Shown here: one piece after another, positions 8,522-17,266 of the stretch | Layout of the letters: every line of letters begins with the position of its first letter | Position numbering within the stretch: position 1 is the stretch's first letter | DNA from: a virus | Lineage: Duplodnaviria > Caudoviricetes | IMG/VR virus record: IMGVR_UViG_3300049198_000022 | Location: 1-46,454 of that record | Strand: one strand, 5' to 3' | DNA length: 46,454 nt | Notes under the pieces: generated by a model | What the model saw: only the letters and a program-made list of their open reading frames with translations | What the model was told of the DNA's origin: nothing | Databases searched by the model: none | Program-made: the position numbers and the translations under genes

Positions 8522-9289
8522 CTACACCCTCCCAATTTCGTAGGCTTTCTTCCACTGGACACGCACGTCACGGCGTTCGGCCCACGCGTCCTTGCTCTTG
8601 GCATTCTTGGTGACCACGGTCACAACTCCAGGATGCAGCCGCGCCAGCCCCTCCGCGCCCTGCGCCTGCACTTCCAGCGAGCGATAGGTGGAGCAGCCTC
8701 CTGGAGCGTTGCTGCGACCCTGATCTTGACACCAGCGGTTCAGCGTGTGGCTCTCGTAGCCGCGCCGAAGAAGCTGAAGGGCTACGTCAAAGTCCTCCAT
8801 TACCGGCAGGCGGTCAAAGCGGATGCCCTCGCTCTTGAGTACGGAGGCGTCGTAGCCCAGCGCACGCAGACACCGAATGTTGTAGATGACCTCGTCGTCG
8901 GGGTTGCGGTTGGCACCTTCACGTACGGCGATGGAGGCGTGAACGCACTTCTTGAGCGTGGTCTCCATAGCCCGCAGCATCTGCGTGACGTCGGCCGGTG
9001 TGGCCTTGGCCAGCAGGCGCGGGTCGTCTGCCCGCCGTACGAAGAAGCTGAGGTCGTCGTCCAGCATAAGCACCGGCCCCTCGCTGATGTCTATGATATG
9101 TTGGCGCACCTTGCCGATGCCCTTGGCGCTAGTCACGTAGACCGCGTCAGCGCCGAAGCGCTCAGTGTATGCCTTGGCGTCGGCCTTTGCGACGACAAGC
9201 CTTGCCCGCTTGCGGGCGGCGGGAGGCAACTGATCGAAAGTGTGGTGGGCTTGGTCCGCCCTACCAAGGCTGGGGATGAATATCTGCAT
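8522..9289 (-). CDS. Glycosyltransferase, TET/JBP-associated (TAGT)/GREB1-like GT-A family
   Basis: IFIPSLGRA, GIGKVRQHI, MLDDDL (DxD), EDFDVALQLLRRGY, GGCSTYR. Confidence 0.8.
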   Translation of the reverse strand: MQIFIPSLGRADQAHHTFDQLPPAARKRARLVVAKADAKAYTERFGADAVYVTSAKGIGKVRQHIIDISEGPVLMLDDDLSFFVRRADDPRLLAKATPADVTQMLRAMETTLKKCVHASIAVREGANRNPDDEVIYNIRCLRALGYDASVLKSEGIRFDRLPVMEDFDVALQLLRRGYESHTLNRWCQDQGRSNAPGGCSTYRSLEVQAQGAEGLARLHPGVVTVVTKNAKSKDAWAERRDVRVQWKKAYEIGRV

Positions 9290-9309
9290 GTGACTTCTCC
9301 ATAGATCAG

Positions 9310-9348
9310 AAGAGCCCCGCCACTCTCAGAGAAAGTGGCGGGGCTCTT
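9310..9348 (-). terminator. Strong hairpin/terminator between the basic-protein gene and the modification cluster
   Basis: Perfect 15-bp inverted repeat AAGAGCCCCGCCACT / AGTGGCGGGGCTCTT; weak U-tract. Confidence 0.75.
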
Positions 9349-9370
9349 TAGTGCGTAAAGGCGCGGGCGG

Positions 9371-10042
9371 TTACGCGAACTCGATGTAACCCTTCTTGAC
9401 GCACCAGCCGAAGTCCAGCTTGCGATCGCCGTATTCCTTCGACGTGGCCAGCTCCGCGGAAGCGTCGTCGGTGGTCTTGTTGCCCATGACGACATCGACC
9501 ATGTGCGCGGTCCACGTGCCTTCGCGGGTCTTGATGTCGGCCCGCTTCACGAGATGCTTGTACTTGCGGTTCTCGGCCGGAGCCTTGGGCTCCTTGGGGG
9601 TCTTGGCCTTCGCAGCCGGTGCGGCCTTGGTCGCCTTCGCGGCGGGTGCGGCCTTGGCAGTGGTCTTCTTGGTCAACTTGGTCGCCATTTCTTGTAACTC
9701 CTCGTCTGTGAGTGGGACTACCCCACGAAAAAGCTGAACCGCTTCGGGAGTAGCCCCTTGGTTCAACATGTCAAGCTTTAGCTCTAATAGAGCAGACTGT
9801 AAAGCACTTTCTTCAAGGTTTAATCTCGGATAGTTTTTCAGCTCGTGGTCCATAATAATGCGGTCGCGTACGCCGAGCTGAGCGTCAACATTGGCCCAGC
9901 GGTACACCACCCGCACCCCGCAAAAGGTTTGCGCGGCGACGAGCATCCTACCCAGCTTGCCGCCCATAAGGCTGGCGGGGTTGCCTATCCAGTAGGGCTC
10001 AAAGGCGGGTGCCGGTGCCGGTACGGGTTTACGCTTGGCCAC
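9371..10042 (-). CDS. Protein with K/A/P-rich linker and C-terminal REGTWT..DxxW domain; likely internal start at 9688
   Basis: GTG start overlapping the helicase end; GAGGAG-N9-ATG at 9688 in frame; C-terminal domain paralogous to 26286 and 27676 ORFs. Confidence 0.75.
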   Translation of the reverse strand: MAKRKPVPAPAPAFEPYWIGNPASLMGGKLGRMLVAAQTFCGVRVVYRWANVDAQLGVRDRIIMDHELKNYPRLNLEESALQSALLELKLDMLNQGATPEAVQLFRGVVPLTDEELQEMATKLTKKTTAKAAPAAKATKAAPAAKAKTPKEPKAPAENRKYKHLVKRADIKTREGTWTAHMVDVVMGNKTTDDASAELATSKEYGDRKLDFGWCVKKGYIEFA

Positions 10043-11519
10043 GGCGGCGTCCTTTCAATGCGTCAAGCAGCGCGTTCTGCGTGCGGGTCTTGCTTCGCTG
10101 TACATGGAACACGGTCACGTCAATACTGTCTCTCGCAATAATGTGGTGAATGAAAACCCGCTTGGCCTTGTTACCTTGGCGGCGGATGCGCTTGATGAAC
10201 TGATCATACAGCTCCAAGTCCCAGAACATGCTGAACCAGACTACGTGCTGCGCACTGCCCTTCTGGAAGTTGAGGCCGTGGCCCATGCTGGCAGGGTGGC
10301 CGCAGAGCATCGGGATCTCATTATTGTTCCACGCGTTCTCAATGGCCTTGGCCTTGGCCTGCGTATTGGCGTCGGACATGAACACCGCGTTGGGAAACTT
10401 CTTGCGTAGCCGCGCCTCGTCGTGATTGAATTCGTAGGCCACGAGGATGGGCTGGCCACTAAGTTCGTCAACCAAGTCGGCGAGCGCGTCCAGCTTCAAA
10501 TCGTGCAGGTGCATCACCTGCCGCTTCTTGCCCTGAACGCGGCTTGCAAGGTCGTCGTCCACGTAGACAGCGCCATTGGCAATCTGCCGACACTTGGTAC
10601 TTGCGGCAGCGGCGTTGCCTGCGACTAGCTCTTGGCCCTCCATCTGGGCCAGAAGCTCTTCCTCAAGTGTGTCGTACAGCTTGCGCACCTTGTCGGGCAG
10701 GTCAACGAGTATCTTGAGCGGCATGATCTCCGGCAGCTCAAGGTGATCCTCCGCACTGGCGCGCATGGCCAGCGGGCGGATGGCTTCGTAGATACGGTCG
10801 GCGGCTCCAGGCTGAATGGCCCAGTTCCAGCCGTTGCGATCCAGCGCCGTGAAATACTTCGTGCGGTAGTGCGTGATGTACTGGCCCAGCGCATTGCCGA
10901 GATCAAGCACGTACATCTGGCCGAAGAGGTCCATCAGCCCGTTCGGGGCGGGCGTGCCGGTAAGGCCCCAGCGGCGGATGAACGATGGCAGCACTTGCTT
11001 GAGCATCTTGAACCGCACGCCCTTCGTGGACTTGAACTTGGTCAGCTCGTCGATGACCAACGTGTCAAAGCCGAAGCTGCGCCACCGCGTCATGTCAACA
11101 CGAGGCCCGCCGTTCTTACCGCCGTAGATCAGCCACTCTAGCCCTTCGGGGTTGATGACAAGCAGATCGTAGTTAGCGATGTTGTCCAGGACTTCCTGCT
11201 TCTTGGGGCCGTGCAACAGGCCGACGCGAATATGCTTCAGGTCTTCCCACTCGCTCGGCTCGTCGGGCCACACAAGCTGACACACGCGCAGCGGCGCGAT
11301 GATCAGCGTCTTGCGGTTGGTCTTGGCCTTGTTCAGCGCGTCAAGAGCCTTGAGTACGATGGCGGTCTTGCCCATTCCTGGATCAAGAAGCAGCGCCGCA
11401 GCGCCGTGGGTCAGGAGGAACTTAATCCCCTTCTTCTGATAGCTGTGCGCCACCGCGCTGAACACGGGCTTGGATTGCTTCGAGAGCGGCTTCCTCGTTG
11501 TCGGTCCACGCGACGTCAT
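10029..11519 (-). CDS. SNF2-family helicase
   Basis: HSYQ, LDPGMGKT, IDELT, LTGTP, GHGLNFQ, RIRRQG motifs. Confidence 0.93.
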   Translation of the reverse strand: MTSRGPTTRKPLSKQSKPVFSAVAHSYQKKGIKFLLTHGAAALLLDPGMGKTAIVLKALDALNKAKTNRKTLIIAPLRVCQLVWPDEPSEWEDLKHIRVGLLHGPKKQEVLDNIANYDLLVINPEGLEWLIYGGKNGGPRVDMTRWRSFGFDTLVIDELTKFKSTKGVRFKMLKQVLPSFIRRWGLTGTPAPNGLMDLFGQMYVLDLGNALGQYITHYRTKYFTALDRNGWNWAIQPGAADRIYEAIRPLAMRASAEDHLELPEIMPLKILVDLPDKVRKLYDTLEEELLAQMEGQELVAGNAAAASTKCRQIANGAVYVDDDLASRVQGKKRQVMHLHDLKLDALADLVDELSGQPILVAYEFNHDEARLRKKFPNAVFMSDANTQAKAKAIENAWNNNEIPMLCGHPASMGHGLNFQKGSAQHVVWFSMFWDLELYDQFIKRIRRQGNKAKRVFIHHIIARDSIDVTVFHVQRSKTRTQNALLDALKGRRRGQA

Positions 11520-11745
11520 ACCCCAGTTCCTCTAACATGTCGTGGATATATACCTGCTTCACATCAGGCTCATATCCGACTTCTTTGAACTCCAGCAGGA
11601 ATGGCCTGCCGCCCTTTATGAAAAACAGCCGGTCAGGCCACCCCGTCTCGCTGCCCGTTGGGGGTTCCAACTTGATGGAAGGAACCCCGTACCGCTTGAG
11701 CGCCTTTTCACGGACGCGGCGCTCAAGTGCACCTTCTCTACGCAA
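11422..11745 (-). CDS. VRR-NUC domain nuclease
   Basis: E...GWPDRLF...LLEFK...Q...LEELGYDV; canonical position before the SNF2 helicase. Confidence 0.88.
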   Translation of the reverse strand: MRREGALERRVREKALKRYGVPSIKLEPPTGSETGWPDRLFFIKGGRPFLLEFKEVGYEPDVKQVYIHDMLEELGYDVAWTDNEEAALEAIQARVQRGGAQLSEEGD

Positions 11746-12082
11746 CTACGCCGGACCGCGAAAGGTGCGCGCAGAGCGTTTCAAGGTCTTCGAGGCTGCG
11801 GTGTAGGCTGGACGTAGCTTCCTCGAGCTCGCCGACGACCCCACCGTGCGGCACCGCGCCTGCTCCGGTGGAACCGACCTTGCTCTCGGAAGGCGGGCCA
11901 GCCACGCCCGTCAACTCGGTATTGAAGCGAGCCACGGTCGTGGACATGTTGGCGACGCGGTCCCGCGCGCTCATGATGCTGTGCATGAGATTGCCCAGCC
12001 GCGTCTCGGCCCTGATGTCGTGGCCTTTGCCGCCCATGAGCTGAGTCTCTGCCCGCTCTCCATAAAGTTCTGCATCACGCAT
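11738..12082 (-). CDS. Hypothetical protein
   Basis: AAGGAG SD; overlaps both neighbours. Confidence 0.6.
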   Translation of the reverse strand: MRDAELYGERAETQLMGGKGHDIRAETRLGNLMHSIMSARDRVANMSTTVARFNTELTGVAGPPSESKVGSTGAGAVPHGGVVGELEEATSSLHRSLEDLETLCAHLSRSGVVA

Positions 12083-12659
12083 TGATAGTCTCCTTGATAC
12101 GACGGATATTCTCCATCAGGTGAACCGCTTGCGACTTCGCGTCGTCAAGCGCATTGTGGTAGGTGCCTTGGCGCTGCACCTTGTCGAACTTAAACGCATC
12201 GCCCAGCAACTCATCCAAGTTCTTGAGCGTGCGGTAGCAGCGGCCACCATACCCCGCCACATAGGGAGGCACAAGCGCAGCGTCGTACATGCACCGCAGA
12301 ATGGGGTTGTCAAAGTCAGCCCCGTTGCCGTAGAACAGAATGTTGCTCTTGGTGTTGATGGACGCGAGCCACTGGTTCAGGTCGTGCATCGCGTCTGGCA
12401 GATCGACCCCTTCGCCTGCGCGGGCCTGATCAACGATCACGCGGGCTTCTGCGCTCTGCTTTTCCCACCACGCCACGGTGTCTGGGTCTTCGCGCAGGAA
12501 GTGTTCAAGGCTGGAGTCCACGTTGATGACGCGGTAATACTCCTTGCCCAGTGTACAGGCGTGCGGAAAGAACTCCACAATGCCGATGCTCAGACCTACG
12601 CATCCCGGAACCGTGCCGAGAGTCTCAAGGTCACACATGAGGTGAGACTTCGCGCCCAT
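12075..12659 (-). CDS. DEDDh 3'-5' exonuclease (Rv2179c/exoVIII C-terminal-like)
   Basis: MCDLETLG, GNGADFD, HNALDDAKSQA. Confidence 0.88.
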   Translation of the reverse strand: MGAKSHLMCDLETLGTVPGCVGLSIGIVEFFPHACTLGKEYYRVINVDSSLEHFLREDPDTVAWWEKQSAEARVIVDQARAGEGVDLPDAMHDLNQWLASINTKSNILFYGNGADFDNPILRCMYDAALVPPYVAGYGGRCYRTLKNLDELLGDAFKFDKVQRQGTYHNALDDAKSQAVHLMENIRRIKETINA

Positions 12660-12802
12660 TACATAATCCCCACTTCAATTGCCCGCGCCTGCTCTGCCGT
12701 AACGGGCAGCTCGATAACGACGCGGCGGGCGTGGTCGCTCCGACTCAGAACCAACACGGGCTCCTTCTTGCCGGACGACTTGTACTCAAGTTCTGCACGC
12801 AT
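12659..12802 (-). CDS. Small hypothetical protein (MRAELEYKSSG...)
   Basis: AGGAG SD before ATG 12802; TAATG coupling to the exonuclease. Confidence 0.6.
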   Translation of the reverse strand: MRAELEYKSSGKKEPVLVLSRSDHARRVVIELPVTAEQARAIEVGIM

Positions 12803-12812
12803 GTATTCTCTC

Positions 12813-13514
12813 CTAGTATTTGCAGGGGCCACCGGCCGACTTGCGGAAGGCGCACCACTGACACTTGTTGTTGGGAGTCGGGGCGAACCGCTTGTCCTTG
12901 AACATGGCGACCACCTTGACCTCCCAGTCCTTGCGAATCTCTTCGAAGGACAGCATGGGCCTGCCCTCCTCCGTGACCAGTCCGGGCTCACGGGAGTATT
13001 CGCGGATGACTTCGTTGTCACGCTCTTGGTCAAGATACCAAAGGCGCGTAGTCACGTGGCGCACGTGGGGGAACTTCATGAACACGCCGCTGCTGAAGAG
13101 CTCCACCTGCTCCTCGTTCGTGTCGTACTTGCGACCCGTCTTGAAGTCAATGACCTCAGCCGTGTCGTCATCGTACAGCACGGCAACGTCGCAGATGATG
13201 CGCAACCATGTGTCGTTCCCGAACCACCCTGTCGGCGTCCACTGGCGGGTGAAGCCCCACTGCTGTTCGACCATCGGGTCGAGCGCCTTGAGCTGCTCCA
13301 TCTCGTCGCGGAAGTGCTTGTAGCTGGCAGGCACCTTGGACTTGCGCTTGGACTTGAGCCAGTTCTCACCCTCCTTGTGCACGTCGCCGCCGCGTTGCAT
13401 GGCAGCCGATCCGGGCTCGGGCAGCTTGTCGATGTACTTGAGCTTGAAGCGCAGCGGACACTGCCGGTAATCAGCGTATCGGCTGTACGACCATGCGGTG
13501 ATGCCGTTGCTCAT
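12813..13514 (-). CDS. PD-(D/E)xK Cas4/RecB-like exonuclease
   Basis: WSYSR...QCP, RGGDVH, IICD, VIDFKTG, C-terminal CQWC...C (Fe-S staple). Confidence 0.88.
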   Translation of the reverse strand: MSNGITAWSYSRYADYRQCPLRFKLKYIDKLPEPGSAAMQRGGDVHKEGENWLKSKRKSKVPASYKHFRDEMEQLKALDPMVEQQWGFTRQWTPTGWFGNDTWLRIICDVAVLYDDDTAEVIDFKTGRKYDTNEEQVELFSSGVFMKFPHVRHVTTRLWYLDQERDNEVIREYSREPGLVTEEGRPMLSFEEIRKDWEVKVVAMFKDKRFAPTPNNKCQWCAFRKSAGGPCKY

Positions 13515-13849
13515 TGCAACACCGATGGCGGCGCTTCGTCGAAAGCTCCGTCCTCATGTTGCTTGACCACGAACCGCAGAAGCTCAAGCGTGTCGGGCGC
13601 AGACAGGTTGCCGGTGCTGATCAACTCGCCGGTGTCCAAGTCCACCACGGTCACGAAGATGGCCGGTTGCGGGATGCCCATGCGTTGCAGCATCTGGACA
13701 AGGTTATCGCCGAACATGTCTAGCGGCACGCTGCCCAGCTTGGAAGGCGGAAGCCCGCCGCCCACGGTGAAGCCGCAGCCGCCGCAGTGGCCGTCTTGCA
13801 CTACTGGCGATGTCGCTCCGCACTTGGGGCATTTTTCAAGACTACTCAT
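13511..13849 (-). CDS. Hypothetical protein with N-terminal zinc ribbon
   Basis: CPKC...CGGC; coupled overlaps on both sides. Confidence 0.65.
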   Translation of the reverse strand: MSSLEKCPKCGATSPVVQDGHCGGCGFTVGGGLPPSKLGSVPLDMFGDNLVQMLQRMGIPQPAIFVTVVDLDTGELISTGNLSAPDTLELLRFVVKQHEDGAFDEAPPSVLQ

Positions 13850-15755
13850 ACTTGCTTTTCCCTTCGTTGAACTTCTTCTGGTGGCCCCAGCTCTTGCCGG
13901 ACTTGCCCTCGCTCAGCATAGCAAGGTCAAAGTCTTCACTCACGGCCTCCATGCTGTCGCGGAGAACCTGCATTTCTACCTTGGGGTCAGGGCCGGACGA
14001 TACGTTCACTTCGTCGTAGACCTGCACAAGGAACCGCCCCTGCCGCTTGGGATGCTCGTGATAGTTGATCATGGCCTGCTTCGTTACGTCGGCCGCGCTA
14101 CCTTGGCAGAGATAGTTGAGCAGCTTGTACTCGTACGTCATGTGGCGACCGTACTTCTTGCTGAAGCTCGGCGGCTCCACATAGTACGCCCGCCCGCCCC
14201 ATGTGTACAGGCAGTCGCCATCACGCCCTAGCTGCTTCGTGGCGTCGCTCAGGCCACCGCGCCCCGTAATACTGGGCAGGGCGCGCTTGTGCGCGTTGAG
14301 GAGGCTCTTGGCCTCGTCGATGGAGCAGCCAATACCGCCCGCCGTGGCCGGTGCGCCGCCGCCGTAAATGATGCGGAAGTTGGCGATCTTTACGTTCTTA
14401 CGCTCGAAGAACAAGCCGGTGGTGTCGTTGATCAGGTCGCCCACGTAGCCGTGAACGTCTAGCCACGGGTTGGCCTGATAAGCGGCAAGTAGAGGCCCGT
14501 CTTCAAAATGCGCGGCGATACGGAGCTCTTGCCCATTGTAATCACGATGTAGCCAAAGCTCGTTCTTGTCCGGAAGTAGATACACGCGCACGAGGGGAAG
14601 CTCAGGGACACCGAGGAAAGCGGGATGAACGTATCCGTCATTGTTGTTGTCCCACGACTTGCTGATGTTGAGGAAGTTCGGGTCGCTGGTACTCGGCCTC
14701 CCCGTACGGGTGCCGCCCGCCTCCCCGCGTATCTGGTTCCAGTTGGTGCTGATATGTCCGTCACCGCGCCGGTCAGCCTGTTCCAGCCACGGACGCATGA
14801 ACATCTTGATGCAAGTGGTCAGGCGGTTGCGGTAGCCGAAGGCGTCGGCCACTTGCTTGTCACGGTACAGGTCGGGCGTCAGGTTCTTCTTGCTGATGCT
14901 GAACTTGCCGGTGGGCGTCAGCATCAAGTCCTCTTCCAGCACGACCTTGGCGGACAGCAGGGCCTCCAGCATCTGCGTGTCGTTGTCCATGCTTAGGGCG
15001 GGGCGCTTAAGGCGCTTGCGCAGCCACGCGTCAACCTTCTCTAGCGCGGCCTCGTACATGGCAAGGTCACGCCGCAGCGCGCGAACGTCTACCCGTATGC
15101 CGACGCGCTCGTTGTCAAGGAATATCGGCATGACCTTCTGCTCACGCTGGTAGGCGGCGAGCATGTCGTGCTGATTGATGACGTAGTCCCAGCTGTCCTT
15201 GAACAAGTCCCACGTGCGATCGGTGTCGCCGCAGGCGTAGCGCCCGACCAGATGTCCTGGAGCCTGCGCGATATGCTTACCCCACTGGCTCGGCGTGAAC
15301 TTGCCGTGCGCCTCTATGAGAGCTTGCCTGTTCTTGCGCTCAAGAATCCATTCCTTCACGTCGTCCTGCTCAGTGGGCGGCACGCCAAGGAACCGTTCGG
15401 CCAGCGGCTTGAGGCCGAGCTCGCGGCTATGCGGGTCGCGCAGGAACATCATGAACATGGTGTCGTGCATTTCAAGCGCGGGCAGGCGGGGCATACCAAG
15501 ATGCGTCTCGCCAACGTCTACGTCGAACTTGCCGTTGAAGAACAGCACGCCTTTTCCAGGACGCCACACAGTCTTCAGCGCGTTGATGGCATCCTGCTTC
15601 GTGCAGTTATTCCCCTCGGGGTGGTCCCATGCGAAATAGCGGGACTTCTTTCCTGGAAGCTTGATGCTCACGCCTACGGGCTTCGGCGGATATTCCGGCC
15701 GCTTCTCGATGGCGTGGGTCTCAAAGTCAATAGTTGGTAGGGAAGGGCAGCGCAT
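13842..15755 (-). CDS. DNA polymerase, family A, with 3'-5' exonuclease domain
   Basis: IDFET, FNGKFD, YACGD; TRTGRPS..DPN, DYNGQELR (motif A), RKNVKIANFRIIYG (B), CQGSAAD, VYDE (C). Confidence 0.95.
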   Translation of the reverse strand: MRCPSLPTIDFETHAIEKRPEYPPKPVGVSIKLPGKKSRYFAWDHPEGNNCTKQDAINALKTVWRPGKGVLFFNGKFDVDVGETHLGMPRLPALEMHDTMFMMFLRDPHSRELGLKPLAERFLGVPPTEQDDVKEWILERKNRQALIEAHGKFTPSQWGKHIAQAPGHLVGRYACGDTDRTWDLFKDSWDYVINQHDMLAAYQREQKVMPIFLDNERVGIRVDVRALRRDLAMYEAALEKVDAWLRKRLKRPALSMDNDTQMLEALLSAKVVLEEDLMLTPTGKFSISKKNLTPDLYRDKQVADAFGYRNRLTTCIKMFMRPWLEQADRRGDGHISTNWNQIRGEAGGTRTGRPSTSDPNFLNISKSWDNNNDGYVHPAFLGVPELPLVRVYLLPDKNELWLHRDYNGQELRIAAHFEDGPLLAAYQANPWLDVHGYVGDLINDTTGLFFERKNVKIANFRIIYGGGAPATAGGIGCSIDEAKSLLNAHKRALPSITGRGGLSDATKQLGRDGDCLYTWGGRAYYVEPPSFSKKYGRHMTYEYKLLNYLCQGSAADVTKQAMINYHEHPKRQGRFLVQVYDEVNVSSGPDPKVEMQVLRDSMEAVSEDFDLAMLSEGKSGKSWGHQKKFNEGKSKYE

Positions 15756-15758
15756 AAG

Positions 15759-15971
15759 TCAATCAACCCATATAAGCGGTATCTGGCTCAGGGCCAGCCA
15801 CAGCAGCGACGAAAGCAGAAACGAAATGGTGTGGCCCGCCCACTGCTCGGCCCGCTCGTGGCGGTGCACGCTGGCGCTGAGCAGGCTAGTGGTCGAGGCG
15901 AGCGCGCACGCTACCCCTCCGGCAAGCGCGACCAGCCCGAGCGCCGCCATAATCTGGTGAGCAAGTAACAT
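15759..15971 (-). CDS. Small two-TM membrane protein
   Basis: MLLAHQIMAALGLVALAGG...ISFLLSSLLWLAL; fills the gap before the polymerase. Confidence 0.5.
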   Translation of the reverse strand: MLLAHQIMAALGLVALAGGVACALASTTSLLSASVHRHERAEQWAGHTISFLLSSLLWLALSQIPLIWVD

Positions 15972-15986
15972 AGACGCCCCATCGGA

Positions 15987-16081
15987 AAAAAAGGTGGAGG
16001 CCGCGAGCGAGGGATCATCGCTCCGCCCCCTTCTAGCCCGTAGGCCAGCGCGACTGCGCGCGGGAGGGGTTACGCGCAGTC
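15987..16081 (-). terminator. Three consecutive hairpins ending in a U7 tract
   Basis: GACUGCGCG/CGCGCAGUC, CUGGCC-UACG-GGCUAG, GAGCGA/UCGCUC, then CCUUUUUUU. Confidence 0.7.
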
Positions 16082-16935
16082 TATCTCTTGCGGGCCGGTG
16101 CCTTGCCACGCGTCAGCTTCTTGCTGGCCGCAGCCTTGGCCTTGGGCGCGGCCTCTTCTTCCTCGAAGACGACGTACGGGAAGTCAATGCCCTCGTCCAG
16201 CTTCTTGTAACGCTCGAAGAGCGCGGGGATGAGCTCGTCGGCCACCGGCTCAATCAGCTCAAAGTTGACGCGGAACTGCGACTTGGAGTCCGGCGTCAGG
16301 TAGACGCGGGTGTACACGGCGAACAGCGGCTTGCTGAACTGGTCGGCCACGTCGCGCACGTACGCGTCAAAGCCCTTGCCGCTCATGACAGGAACCTTGA
16401 GATAGGCTTCCTCGCAGGTGCGGAAGTGGTCGGCATCTTCGACGAGCTCCAAGTCGTAGCCGCCGTTCTTGCCTGCGCTGGTGTAGGTGCCAGCGGGCAA
16501 GCAGGCCAGTCGGCGACGGTTGCTGCAAGCCTTGCCCCGCCCCTTGGCCGCGCTACCCCACTGATTCTGAGGGCAGCTTTCGCAGTCGTCGCTCTGCTTG
16601 TCGAAGTCGTCGTTGTTGTCAAGCAGGGCGGGCGGTCCCATTTCGTCCTTCGCGTCGGGGTCCTTGCAGAACGCGAAGCAGGCGGGCGGCGTGCGGTTGT
16701 CAGCGTCGTAGTCGCTGTCGTAGTACACGTTTTCCAGACACCACGCGCCGATGACGACGACCATCTGGTTTCCGGGAAGCGGGACGTCGTCGAACTTGAG
16801 CTGTCCTGCGCTCGTGCTGAAGAAGCGACCACCGCCGCCGCTATTGGTCAGCGTGGCCGACTTGCCTGCCAGCTTGGCAAGTTCTTCGTCGTAGTTGGTG
16901 ACTGCCTTGCTGGGGGCGGGTTTCTTAGCTGCCAT
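16081..16935 (-). CDS. Putative ssDNA-binding/annealing protein with Zn-binding motif
   Basis: NVYY...PPACFA, CESCPQNQWGSA..GRGKACSNRRRLA, LKVPVMS, acidic then basic tail; sits upstream of the polymerase. Confidence 0.65.
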   Translation of the reverse strand: MAAKKPAPSKAVTNYDEELAKLAGKSATLTNSGGGGRFFSTSAGQLKFDDVPLPGNQMVVVIGAWCLENVYYDSDYDADNRTPPACFAFCKDPDAKDEMGPPALLDNNDDFDKQSDDCESCPQNQWGSAAKGRGKACSNRRRLACLPAGTYTSAGKNGGYDLELVEDADHFRTCEEAYLKVPVMSGKGFDAYVRDVADQFSKPLFAVYTRVYLTPDSKSQFRVNFELIEPVADELIPALFERYKKLDEGIDFPYVVFEEEEAAPKAKAAASKKLTRGKAPARKR

Positions 16936-16947
16936 GATACTAGTCTC

Positions 16948-17157
16948 CTAAAACCACGCCGCAAACGGGGCGAGGATTGCTTTCAAATCACCGACGGTCA
17001 TTGGGTAGTCGGCTTCTTCATCGTCGCTTGCCAAGATGGGGACGTCCTCCCCACTAGGATTGCGTGCGAACAGGGGCGCGGCGTCCGACAGCTTGGCGTC
17101 TTCCAAACTGCGAGCCGCAGCGGCCAGCTTTACTATGACTTCTCCGGATATGTGCAT
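16948..17157 (-). CDS. Small hypothetical protein (MHISGEVIVKL...)
   Basis: GGAG SD before ATG 17157. Confidence 0.55.
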   Translation of the reverse strand: MHISGEVIVKLAAAARSLEDAKLSDAAPLFARNPSGEDVPILASDDEEADYPMTVGDLKAILAPFAAWF

Positions 17158-17266
17158 CGTTAGTCTCCGGTGGGTTCCACCACTCAGCCACCACGGCCAT
17201 GAGGGCGAACAGGACGACGCAGCCGCCACCCATAAGGATAGCGGCTGCGAATATTATGTTGATCAT
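17054..17266 (-). CDS. Small membrane protein
   Basis: ATGA coupling; hydrophobic N-terminus; 3' part overlaps the next ORF. Confidence 0.4.
   Translation of the reverse strand: MINIIFAAAILMGGGCVVLFALMAVVAEWWNPPETNDAHIRRSHSKAGRCGSQFGRRQAVGRRAPVRTQS

Noticed and set aside
12813-13514. Cas4-like nuclease as evidence of CRISPR-Cas
   Set aside because: Stand-alone phage exonuclease in a replication module; no cas1/cas2 and no repeat-spacer array in the window.
12120-14231. 703-aa plus-strand ORF and other long antisense ORFs (2060-3028, 15994-17163, 34411-35784, 38220-39692, 45319-46356)
   Set aside because: They shadow well-supported genes on the opposite strand, as expected from high-GC codon bias, and show no motifs or SD.
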